Below, piece by piece: positions 30,661-39,886 of a stretch of 64,000 nt of DNA. The stretch lies in the NCBI GenBank assembly GCA_963744145.1, contig CAVUSO010000001.1, positions 3,040,001-3,104,000 on the forward strand. Reading direction: 5' to 3'. The notes beneath the pieces are model-generated. The model saw only the letters and a program-made list of their open reading frames with translations, had not been told where the DNA came from and ran no database searches. Source of the DNA: an uncultured cyanobacterium (GTDB lineage: Bacteria > Cyanobacteriota > Cyanobacteriia > Cyanobacteriales > CAWUOF01). The number at the start of each line of letters is the position of its first letter. Position 1 is the stretch's first letter. The position numbers were made by a program, and so were the translations under genes.

Positions 30661-32247
30661 ATGAAAGTTTTACTTGTATACCCGATTTTTCCAAATAGTT
30701 TTTGGTCTTTTCAAAAAACTATAGCTTTATTAAACTATAAAGCAATGTTACCACCATTAGGATTAGTAACTGTAGCGGCAATTTTACCCCAAGAGTGGGA
30801 ATTTCAACTAGTCGATCGCAATGTTCGTCCTGTCACCGAAGCGGAATGGGACTGGGCTGATTTGGTGATTTTTTCAGCAATGATTGTCCAGAAAGAAGAT
30901 TTACTAGATCAAATTCAGGAAGCTAAACGTCGGGGTAAGCGGGTTGCAGTTGGTGGTCCCTATCCTACTGCTTTACCTGATGAACCGTTATCAGTCGGTA
31001 CAGATTATTTAATTTTGGATGAAGGAGAAATTACCCTACCTTTATTTGTACAAGCAATTAATCGTGGCGATCGCACGGGTATATTTCGTTCGGAAGGAGA
31101 AAAACCGGATGTGACTACTACCCCAATCCCTCGATTTGACTTGCTCAAATTTGACGATTATGCGGAAATGTCCGTGCAATTTTCCCGTGGATGTCCTTTT
31201 CAATGCGAATTTTGCGACATCATTGTTCTCTATGGTCGCAAACCGCGCACCAAAACTCCTAGCCAAATTTTAGCTGAATTAGAATATCTCTATCAACTTG
31301 GTTGGCGACGTAGTATTTTTATGGTAGATGACAATTTCATCGGTAATAAACGTAACGTCAAGTTATTTTTAAAAGAACTCAAACCCTGGATGATTGAACA
31401 TAAATATCCATTTTCCTTTGCAACAGAAGCTTCGGTAGATTTAGCAGCAGATCAAGAATTAATGGATTTAATGGTTTCCTGTAATTTTGGAGCAGTCTTT
31501 TTAGGAATTGAAACACCAGACGAAGCAAGTTTAACCTTAACACAGAAATACCAGAATACCAGAGACTCTCTGGGAGAAGCAGTCCAAGCAATTGCCCGAA
31601 GTGGACTGCGAGTAATGGCAGGATTTATCATTGGTTTTGATGGAGAAAAGTCGGGAGCAGGGGCAAGAATTGTCAAATTTGTTGAGCAAAATTCTATTCC
31701 TACTGCATTGTTTAGTATGTTACAAGCACTACCCCACACAGCACTTTGGCACCGACTAGAGAAAGAAGGAAGATTACGCATTAAATCAGCTAATATCAAT
31801 CAAACCACCTTAATCAATTTCATTCCAACTCGACCAGTAGAAGAAATTGCCCGTGAATTTGTTGAAGCATTTTGGGAATTATACGATCCAGAAAAATTTC
31901 TAGATCGAGCTTACCGTCACTATCGAATTTTAGGAGAAGCAACTTATCCTAAAAAAGGCAAAACTATTAAGAAAAAATTGAATTGGGTAAATATCCGAGC
32001 CTTACTAATTATTTGTTGGCGACAAGGGGTAGTTCGTCAGACTCGCTGGCAATTTTGGCGCAATTTATATCAGATGTATCGGCATAATCCTGGTGGAATT
32101 AGTAGCTATTTAGCCGTTTGCGCTCAAATTGAACATTTCCTAGAATATCGTCAAATAGTTAGAGCAGAAATTGAAACTCAAGTAGCTAATTTTCTAGAAG
32201 GAGAAAGGAAGTTACAAAAAACATTATTAACTTCAGGTGTAGATTGA
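30661..32247 (+). CDS. B12-binding radical SAM protein with DUF4070-like C-terminus
   Basis: PPLGLVTVAA, VGGPY, RGCPFQCEFCD, VDDNFIG. Confidence 0.92.
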   Translation: MKVLLVYPIFPNSFWSFQKTIALLNYKAMLPPLGLVTVAAILPQEWEFQLVDRNVRPVTEAEWDWADLVIFSAMIVQKEDLLDQIQEAKRRGKRVAVGGPYPTALPDEPLSVGTDYLILDEGEITLPLFVQAINRGDRTGIFRSEGEKPDVTTTPIPRFDLLKFDDYAEMSVQFSRGCPFQCEFCDIIVLYGRKPRTKTPSQILAELEYLYQLGWRRSIFMVDDNFIGNKRNVKLFLKELKPWMIEHKYPFSFATEASVDLAADQELMDLMVSCNFGAVFLGIETPDEASLTLTQKYQNTRDSLGEAVQAIARSGLRVMAGFIIGFDGEKSGAGARIVKFVEQNSIPTALFSMLQALPHTALWHRLEKEGRLRIKSANINQTTLINFIPTRPVEEIAREFVEAFWELYDPEKFLDRAYRHYRILGEATYPKKGKTIKKKLNWVNIRALLIICWRQGVVRQTRWQFWRNLYQMYRHNPGGISSYLAVCAQIEHFLEYRQIVRAEIETQVANFLEGERKLQKTLLTSGVD

Positions 32248-32651
32248 GATTCTTAATTTTGCGATCGGCTTTCTAGTTGAAAACTGCACCATCCTATTCC
32301 TGGGCTGATCTTGCGGATACAATACAGCATCTGACCGATTGATGAATTAGACAAGAAAGCAAAAGTCCTTATTGATCAATTTATTGACAGGCAAGATGCC
32401 TGTCCCACCAGAAAAAATAACTTTTGTGGGACGGGCATCTTGCCCGTCCTATTTATTTTTGCTTTCTTGTCTAGTATGGTAATTGACAGGCAAGATGCCT
32501 GTCCCACTAGAGGTTGGCTCCCGATCGACAACTGCTCAAACCCCACACTAATAAGAACAAAGATTCTAACTCACTTAATTCTTGATCGGCTCGGAGTTCT
32601 CTTAATGCTGCTCGCGATCGTTTTAATAATCCAGCGATAGCTTGATCAAGC

Positions 32652-33953
32652 TTAATTATTTCGGCGCGATCGCAATAATTTAAAACTGCACCACCCTACT
32701 CCCCAACCTAAACCAATACTGAATAAGATAACTATAAATAAATTTGATAATGGCTCGACAAAAGGATAGTGGGTTTTGTCGATCTTGATCGGGTAAAATG
32801 GAGTAAAATCTTTCACCAGTGAGGAAGCAGCACTAGCCGCAGCTGAAGCAGTTCCTACCCCAATACCAGCAGCAGCAATAAGGTTTTCAATGTTGCGATC
32901 GCTTTCTACTTCTTCAATTTTTGTACTACCTTCGATTGAATTTATAAAGATTTCCTGGGCTTTCAAACCGGGACTAAGAGCGGCTATATCTCTTGTTATT
33001 TGCATCAGATATTTTTTAGCAGGAATCTCAGTAAAAGCTTTCAGTAAGTCAGAGTCAGTTTTGCCATTAAATCTCTCAGCTTTTTTGAGGAGACTATTTC
33101 GTCGTTCTTGGTAGTTGTAGAGATTTGTTTCTAGGGTTTGCAGTTGTACTTCTAGAAAGGTAATATATCTAGCATATTGGGAAGAAATTGCATAACTTTC
33201 TTCTAGCACTTTCTTTCGCTGGCTCAATCCTGATTGCAGGATTTCTACTTCTTTTGACTTTACTTGAATACCTGTAAAAGTTAGATCAGGAGGTAATAAA
33301 TGCTGTCTGAGAAATTTCTTAATATCCTGATGTTGACTGTTACCATAAGCCCAGAGTATTTTATTACGGTAAAGAAAGAGCTTCATCCAGTCTTGCTTAA
33401 ATTTATCGAAACTATCTAAAGCTGCTTGATCAGGATATAGGATTATTACTAAATGACTGTTTTCTTTCTCTATATCTTGCCATTGATTGGGAGGGTTCCA
33501 AAATTCATAGACAGTAGCCCCCATAAATTTTTCAGCTTTTGCAGGTTCGGTAAATTCGCCAATATTCAGTGATTTTGCTGCTTCTACTGCTAGTTCTTCG
33601 GATACCCAGCTATCCCAAAATGAAGGGATAACTCCCAAGATCATCCAGGTTTTCCCCAATTTATTTTCAGGGACTATTTTTATCTTTTCCGCTACTACTT
33701 GCTCCTTCAGAATTTTATTTTTAAGTTCTGCCAAACAGGTGATATCCTTCGGATGGATATTGTCTCCATCGTTCACTGAATACAATGCTAATAAGCTGTC
33801 AGTATCACCTAAAGAAGACGAATAACAGAATCCGTCAATGAGATATTCCTTAACAAGTTCTTTGGCTACAGGAATTAATTGGTCTTTTTGTTTAATACCG
33901 TCATTGAGGTGATAGAAAAATAACCCGAGATGGGGATAGATTAACTGTTTCAT
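32652..33953 (-). CDS. Hypothetical protein with long helical region and C-terminal hydrophobic segments
   Basis: Start MKQLIYP overlaps upstream stop (ATGA); LIAAAGIGVGTASAAAS and LFIVILFSIGLGWGVGW near C-terminus. Confidence 0.8.
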   Translation of the reverse strand: MKQLIYPHLGLFFYHLNDGIKQKDQLIPVAKELVKEYLIDGFCYSSSLGDTDSLLALYSVNDGDNIHPKDITCLAELKNKILKEQVVAEKIKIVPENKLGKTWMILGVIPSFWDSWVSEELAVEAAKSLNIGEFTEPAKAEKFMGATVYEFWNPPNQWQDIEKENSHLVIILYPDQAALDSFDKFKQDWMKLFLYRNKILWAYGNSQHQDIKKFLRQHLLPPDLTFTGIQVKSKEVEILQSGLSQRKKVLEESYAISSQYARYITFLEVQLQTLETNLYNYQERRNSLLKKAERFNGKTDSDLLKAFTEIPAKKYLMQITRDIAALSPGLKAQEIFINSIEGSTKIEEVESDRNIENLIAAAGIGVGTASAAASAASSLVKDFTPFYPIKIDKTHYPFVEPLSNLFIVILFSIGLGWGVGWCSFKLLRSRRNN

Positions 33954-34411
33954 ATAGTAGCAAATAGGTATGTTAACCAGTGCCACCAAGGTTGATCACT
34001 AGAATTTTTGTCGGATGTTTGAATGGCTTGAGTAGTGACTTTTGCTTTTAGTTCTTTAGCTCCATCTACAGAGAGTACAGATTTTGACAAAGACACATTT
34101 TCTACTTCTGCATTTTCTAAATCGGGACTCCGTTGTTTTTCGAGGGTAAGACTCATAACTCTCATAACTTTAGTGCGGGTCGTTTTGGTATTTGTCAATC
34201 CTTGCTGTGCTTCCTGATATAATTTACCCAATGGTTCAAATTTATCTGCAATATTTATCAGGTTATCTATGCTTGTTTTCGAGTTAGTCTCTAGATCGCG
34301 GGTTGCTTCTTCTATCTGCTGCTGAATTTCGTCAGGAAGTGGTGACTCTTGCTGAGAAAGAGCGCCGATAAAAGCTAGTAAATCTTTAATATCTGTTGGG
34401 TTGGTAATCAT
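33950..34411 (-). CDS. Hypothetical small protein in CHAT operon
   Basis: 153-aa ORF, 1 bp after CHAT stop, overlapping next start. Confidence 0.75.
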   Translation of the reverse strand: MITNPTDIKDLLAFIGALSQQESPLPDEIQQQIEEATRDLETNSKTSIDNLINIADKFEPLGKLYQEAQQGLTNTKTTRTKVMRVMSLTLEKQRSPDLENAEVENVSLSKSVLSVDGAKELKAKVTTQAIQTSDKNSSDQPWWHWLTYLFATI

Positions 34412-34412
34412 G

Positions 34413-35532
34413 TTACTCAGGAATTTTGCCTGTAATTATAAAACCTGCCCAGTAGTAAAAATCGCTGTAGGGTTGATAATCATATCCCTTTTCTTCTGCA
34501 TCTTTGACCACTTTAGCAAGTAGGGCTTGTGAATTTCCCCGGCAACGGCGATCGCTGCTAACATCGAGGATGAGTTTATTATACCATTGGATTAGCCGAT
34601 CGCAGGTAACAGTGCGGAGCCAATCTTGAGCTGCTTTTAACGCAGCGGGGGGTGTGAGCTTTTCGGTGAGCAATAATTGATAGAATTTCACCATAATTAC
34701 CGCACTGCTACTGTCTTCAACGCTCCAGAGAGTGCTGACAACATAAGTTGCACCGATCGCTAAGAATCCACTGGTTAAACCGATGAATTCGTCTAGTAAA
34801 TCTTTAGTGCTGGTTAAACCTGTTTCGCAAGCGGAAAGACACACTAGATGACAAGATGGCAATTCTTGAAGTTGGAAAATATCCTCTAAAGTTAGCAGTT
34901 TGTTGTGTAATTTTATGGCAGAATTAAGCGGGGACATTGCTCCGTCCGTGCCAGGCATGATGGAATTTGGGGTCGAGTTCTATGGCTTGGTCGAAGGATG
35001 CGAGCGCTCCTACTAAATCTCCTGCGTAGTAACGATCTATCCCTTGATTAAATAAAGCTTTTGCATTTTCAGGAGGTTCTGGTGGTTTAGGTGGAGGAGA
35101 AATTGGTGGTGCCACATCTTTACGAGGTTCTGGTGGTTTAGGTGGAGGAGAAATTGGTGGTGCCACATTCCTTTCCAACAATTTCCGTCCAATCTTTCCC
35201 GCTAGCTCACTCACTTTCCCGTAATTCGCCTTACCCAGCAGCAACAGCCGCTCACCTAATTCCAAATTCAATTCTGGGGATGACAGCAACCTCTCGCCAA
35301 ATTCTTGCAGCCAATTTTCCCAATCAGAATCTTTAATGTTCGTGTTAATAAAAAAACCTTTAATAGAACCACGACTCCAACCACCTGCAACACCCTCCAA
35401 TAATTTCATAAACTTCTGTTCGCACTCACTAGAGGAAGGGGGTGGAGTTGTCGAAGGTGGTGGGGATTTGATGAAAATTTGCTTAATTCGCTGCCACAGG
35501 TGGCGGAGTTGTTGCCAAATGCGTTGGAACAT
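34413..35532 (-). pseudogene. TPR-CHAT (caspase-like) protease with large out-of-frame internal deletion
   Basis: N-terminus + proline linker + one TPR (ALASFDQAIELDPK..AW) joined at ~34935 to CHAT C-terminal half (LSACETG, VVSTLWSV, YWAGF); catalytic His region absent. Confidence 0.85.
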
Positions 35533-35569
35533 GGTCAGAGGCGAGAGATGATATTCCCCATTATATCCC

Positions 35570-36689
35570 AATACGGTTTGGTTAATCGTAGGGGCGAAGC
35601 ATTCGGGCGACAATTGATCGCTTAAACCCATAATTTTATATCCGAATGCTTCGCCCAGGTCTTCGCCGATATCTCCCAAAACATTCTTAACTGAACCATT
35701 CTTTGCCGATATCTCCCAAAATATTCTTACCTGAACCCTACAAATATTGTCTCCTCTAGCTTGAATGCTGATTTATGATAGTCAATCTATGTGATTCATG
35801 AGCCCAGGGCAAAGCATTTCGGTCATAAATTTCGGTCGAGGCGATAATTTCTGCGCCGAAATGCTTTGCCCCTACAAATATTACAAATATGGACAAGATT
35901 TGGTTTTTGTTTCCTGAGCGCGATCGCGAATATCCACAAAATCTGCATTATCATACAGTTTGGTTAATTGTAGGGGCGAAGCATTCGGGCGACAATTAAT
36001 CAATCAAGCCCATAATTTTAGATCCGAATGCTTCGCCCATTCTTTGCCGATATCTCCCAAAATATTCTTAACTGAACCATTCTTTGCCGATATCTCCCAA
36101 AATATTCTTAACTGAACCCTACAAATATTGTCTCCTCTAGCTTGAATGCTGATTTATGATAGTCAATCTATGTGATTCATGAGCCCAGGGCAAAGCATTT
36201 CGGTCATAGATTTCGGTCGAGGCGATAATTTCTGCGCCGAAATGCTTTGCCCCTACAAAGATTATAAATATGGACAAGATTTGGTTCTTGTTTCCTGAGC
36301 GCGATCGCGAATATCCACAAAATCTGCATTATCATACAGTTTGGTTAATTGTAGGGGCGAAGCATTCGGGCGACAATTAATCAATCAAGCCCATAATTTT
36401 AGATCCGAATGCTTCGCCCATTCTTTGCCGATATCTCCCAAAATATTCTTAACTGAACCATTCTTTGCCGATATCTCCCAAAATATTCTTAACTGAACCC
36501 TACAAATATTGTCTCCTCTAGTTTGAATGCTGATTTATGATAGTCAATCTATGTGATTCATGAGCCCAGGGCAAAGCATTTCGGTCATAGATTTCGGTCG
36601 AAGCGATAATTTCTGCGCCGAAATGCTTTGCCCCTACAAAGATTACAAATATGGACAAGATTTGGTTCTTGTTTCCTGAGCGCGATCGC
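35570..36689. repeat. Three tandem ~381-bp units, each with two REP doublets and a 40-bp subrepeat x2
   Basis: GTAGGGGCGAAGCATTCGG at 35588, 35970, 36351; units nearly identical; third ends at HIP1 36682-36689. Confidence 0.95.
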
Positions 36690-36691
36690 TT

Positions 36692-36898
36692 TTATTCTCC
36701 TACTTTTTCCAGAGGTTTTGGTTTAATTCCGCGCAAACGATAAGCTGTGACGGGATTACTGAGAATACTAGCATCAAAAGCATCATTAGCGCGATCAACT
36801 GTCTCAATAGCTGCATCCAACTTGCGGCACATTTCTTGCCAATTTTCAACAGTTTTCTGAATTATCTCTGGTGATGGTAGTTGTGGTTTATCTTTCAT
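36692..36898 (-). CDS. Small hypothetical helical protein (second of a coupled pair)
   Basis: MKDKPQLPSPE...; ATGA overlap with upstream gene. Confidence 0.7.
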   Translation of the reverse strand: MKDKPQLPSPEIIQKTVENWQEMCRKLDAAIETVDRANDAFDASILSNPVTAYRLRGIKPKPLEKVGE

Positions 36899-37239
36899 AG
36901 TAAGTCCCAATCTTTTTTAGTTTCTTTGACACTAGCTTCTATAGCATCAGCAGTAGCTAATGCTTCTGCTACCGACAGATAGAATAATTCTAGCAGACCG
37001 CTATCAGCTTTGGGCTGAGATTCATGTACCCGCTGTAGGAGATTACCCACGCGATTGTAATAAGTAGTTAACCTTTCTCTCGAATTTTGGAGTTGTGTGA
37101 GAATAGTTGTTGTGTTTTCAGTCTCACCAAACCGTTCATAAATAATCAGATCTGCTCTTGTCTCCTCATCAAGCAGCTTTAGCAGTCGTCCTTGTCGAAA
37201 AAGAGCTACCAATAATGTTTCATCGGATAAACTGGCCAT
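36895..37239 (-). CDS. Hypothetical helical protein (first of a coupled pair)
   Basis: 114-aa ORF, AGGAG upstream. Confidence 0.75.
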   Translation of the reverse strand: MASLSDETLLVALFRQGRLLKLLDEETRADLIIYERFGETENTTTILTQLQNSRERLTTYYNRVGNLLQRVHESQPKADSGLLELFYLSVAEALATADAIEASVKETKKDWDLL

Positions 37240-37306
37240 ACAATCAGACTTTTACTCCTAATCCACCAAGGATAATTATATTAGAAAGCAATTAATTTTA
37301 GTTTTC

Positions 37307-37400
37307 AGTTAACTTTTTTTGCGCCAAAGTTTCTAGCTGTTTCTTTGCTCTTTCCCGACGACGCACATAAAGCGGGCTGTTTTGTAAATCTGCTTCGGCG
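37307..37400 (-). pseudogene. 3' fragment of a small gene resembling 36692-36898
   Basis: AEADLQNSPLYVRRRERAKKQLETLAQKKVN*; near-identical DNA at 39055-39120. Confidence 0.5.
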
Positions 37401-37404
37401 ATCG

Positions 37405-37584
37405 ATTACTTCCAAAAACCACATTAAATCCTGTTTTTTTATTTAATAAACCCTTTAATGATGGGGTAAAAGGATCATTACCTAACAATTCTAAAACTCT
37501 TCATACCTTGTCTTGTAATTGTGGATTTTTCTTTACTAAGCGTTTAAACCTCCTTTTAAACCTTACATCTGTTGATAGAATCAT
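37405..37584 (-). pseudogene. RelE/YafQ-like type II toxin, inactivated
   Basis: MILSTDVRFKRRFKRLVKKNPQLQDKV*RVLELLGNDPFTPSLK; internal TGA, 3' part lost; ATGA-coupled to upstream gene. Confidence 0.7.
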
Positions 37585-37796
37585 TCTTCCTCATCTTCCA
37601 ATAAATAAGACTTCAATTCCTCAAAAGTCCCTTTCATTGCCGTTCCCATCTCTACAGCTTTCAAAACTTCTTGAGCATTAGCCGCAATTTCAGCTCGCCG
37701 ATTTTCAATCCGTCGTTTGCGAATTAATTCAAATAAATAATCCTGATCTTCTATTGACAAACTTTCGATCGAATCGATAATTTCTTGAAAAATCAT
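37581..37796 (-). CDS. Putative antitoxin
   Basis: 71 aa MIFQEIIDSIESLSIEDQDYLFELIRKRRIE, acidic tail, directly upstream of toxin remnant. Confidence 0.7.
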   Translation of the reverse strand: MIFQEIIDSIESLSIEDQDYLFELIRKRRIENRRAEIAANAQEVLKAVEMGTAMKGTFEELKSYLLEDEEE

Positions 37797-37822
37797 TAGA
37801 GAGCCTCCTCTATATTCTAATT

Positions 37823-38237
37823 CGGTTTGGTTAATTGTAGGGGCGAAGCATTCGGGCGACAATTGATCGCTTAAACCCATAATTTTAGATCCGAATGCTT
37901 CGCCCATTCTTTGCCGATATCTCCCAAAACATTCTTAACTAAACCATTCTTTGCCGATATCTCCCAAAACATTCTTAACTGAACCATTCTTTGCCGATAT
38001 CTCCCAAAATATTCGTAACTGAACCCTACAAATATTGTCTCCTCTAGTTTGAATGCTGATTTATTATAGTCAATCTATGTGATTCATGAGCCCAGGGCAA
38101 AGCATTTCGGTCATAGATTTCTGTCGAGGCGATAATTTCTGCGCCGAAATGCTTTGCCCCTACAAATATTACAAATATGGACAAGATTTGGTTCTTGTTT
38201 CCTGAGCGCGATCGCGAATATCCACAAAATCTGCATC
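37823..38237. repeat. Fourth copy of the REP-containing unit (40-bp subrepeat x3)
   Basis: GTAGGGGCGAAGCATTCGG at 37837; same internal order as 35570-36689. Confidence 0.95.
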
Positions 38238-38267
38238 ATGGCAAAGCTACCTTTTTATACTTCGTAC

Positions 38268-38897
38268 CTATTCTCGAAAATCACGCAATCTCGCATTTTC
38301 ACCTTTTTGTGGGTCTAATTGCATAAATCGTGACAATTCTTTTACTGGAAATAACCCAAATGCTAGACTGGTTTCCGACTCTATATAACCAGTTTCAGTC
38401 AGAATATTTATAGTAATTGTTCCATGCTGATATCGCCAAACTTCAGGTACTTTTAGTTTAACATAAATTGCCATTTTATCGATCGATGAATGAGTTGTAT
38501 CAATTTCAATCGCTAAGTCAGGTGGTAGATCAACAGCTAGATCAATCTTTAATTTATTGCGAACTTTAGCTTCATTTTGAATATAAAAACATTCGTCTGC
38601 TTCTTTACCGACAGAATATGATTCTGAACGCCAAGTTGTAGATTTTAAACCGACAATTTCCAGTCCCAATTCCTCGGATAGTGCCACTAATAACCGTCCG
38701 ATAGTCCAACTATATCTTTCATGATCTGCTAATGGTGTCATTAGTTCTAAAGTTCCTCGATCGTAAGTCATGCGTAGATTGGAATGCTCGGCAAAAATAT
38801 CTAATAGTTGCTGATAGGTTTCCCAACTGACATGATGTAATAAAATCGGACTATTCGTAATTTCTTTGGTAACTGGGGGGGTATTAATCTGGATCAT
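38268..38897 (-). CDS. Uma2 (DUF820) endonuclease family protein
   Basis: VSWETY, RMTYDRGTLELMTP, EADECFYIQN, PPDLAIEID, VPEVWRY; possible premature TAG ~7 codons from the end. Confidence 0.9.
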   Translation of the reverse strand: MIQINTPPVTKEITNSPILLHHVSWETYQQLLDIFAEHSNLRMTYDRGTLELMTPLADHERYSWTIGRLLVALSEELGLEIVGLKSTTWRSESYSVGKEADECFYIQNEAKVRNKLKIDLAVDLPPDLAIEIDTTHSSIDKMAIYVKLKVPEVWRYQHGTITINILTETGYIESETSLAFGLFPVKELSRFMQLDPQKGENARLRDFRE

Positions 38898-39118
38898 AAT
38901 TTTAGGTAAATATTATTCTGACTACAAATTTAACAAAAAATTTTGCTAGTAATAAAAAAATCGTGCTATTCGGAGCAGAATATTTTGTCAATTTGCTGAG
39001 GGCGATCACTACCAATAATCCAAAGAAGTGCGATCGCTTTTATTCTCCGACTTTTTCAGTTAACTTTTTTTGCTCCAAAGCTTCTAGCTGTTTCTTTGCT
39101 CTTTCCCGACGACGCACA

Positions 39119-39431
39119 TACAGCGATTTGAGATCAAGTTAGCTACAAAGATGGTAAAATTTAGAGACGTTGCATCGGTTGGGGCTAAAATTAAGTTTTT
39201 GCCGCCCTACTCACCGGATTTATCACCAATCGAGTTATGTTGGTCAAAGTTAAAAGAAATTCTGCGTTCAGCAAAGGCACGCACATTCGAGGCTCTGGAT
39301 GAGGCAATTACCATAGCTATTAATGCTATTACTGACGAAGATGCTCTGAATTGGTTTAATCATTGTGGACGATTTTTTTAAGAATATTTAGACTTATGTT
39401 TTTGTGGTTGGTTTGATCTCAATCTGCTGTA
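39119..39431 (+). mobile_element. Internally deleted IS630-family element (~310 bp)
   Basis: TIRs TACAGCGATTTGAGATCAA / TTGATCTCAATCTGCTGTA; transposase C-terminus FLPPYSPDLSPIELCWSKLK (39151-39381). Confidence 0.88.
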
Positions 39432-39886
39432 GGGTGTAAATCAACATAGCAAAATGTCGAAACAATCAGATGGAGGATGTTCGCCTCATTCATTTTTTCA
39501 ATTTCTGCTTCAAACTCGAAATCTTCAAAAATATCCCGTATATTGCTAGAAAAACTATTAATATAGCTAATTAAATGCTTATCAATATTATTAGGGTTTT
39601 CTCTGAGCTTTTCAAAAGTGAGTTCAGAACGATTATGAAAGCGTTGTCCGGCTGCATCATTCAGTACATCATTCAGCATGGAGTCAGGAGCATTTTCCCA
39701 TCTCTTAGCTTCAGCTAATACCTTTTCTTTAGTTGGGGCAAGCACACAGTCAAACCGACGCAATACTGTCATTGGTAACATGACTCGTCCGTATTGCGGC
39801 GGTCGATATGGGCCACGCAATAGATCGGCAATTTGCCAGATGAAATTGGCAAGCTGGTGATGATCGGTCAAGTGGCTATTGCTCAA
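39432..39886 (-). pseudogene. hsdM: Type I restriction-modification M subunit, N-terminal domain only
   Basis: LANFIWQIADLLRGPYRPPQYGRVMLPMTVLRRFDCVL...VDLHP, cut at IS end. Confidence 0.88.

Noticed and set aside
30661..32247. Hopanoid methylase HpnP
   Set aside because: Same domain architecture, but no hopanoid gene context and nothing diagnostic that I can verify
35533..35679. N-terminal extensions of ORFs 34924-35679 and 37581-37907
   Set aside because: Both are read-through of the repeat unit (shared LSPECFAPT); better starts are at 35532 and 37796
35570..36689. CRISPR array
   Set aside because: Sequences between the palindromes are near-identical rather than unique spacers, the period is ~381 bp, and there are no cas genes in the window
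35570..38237. Classical integron attC array
   Set aside because: No intI in the window and no clear RYYYAAC/GTTRRRY core boxes; kept only as an analogy
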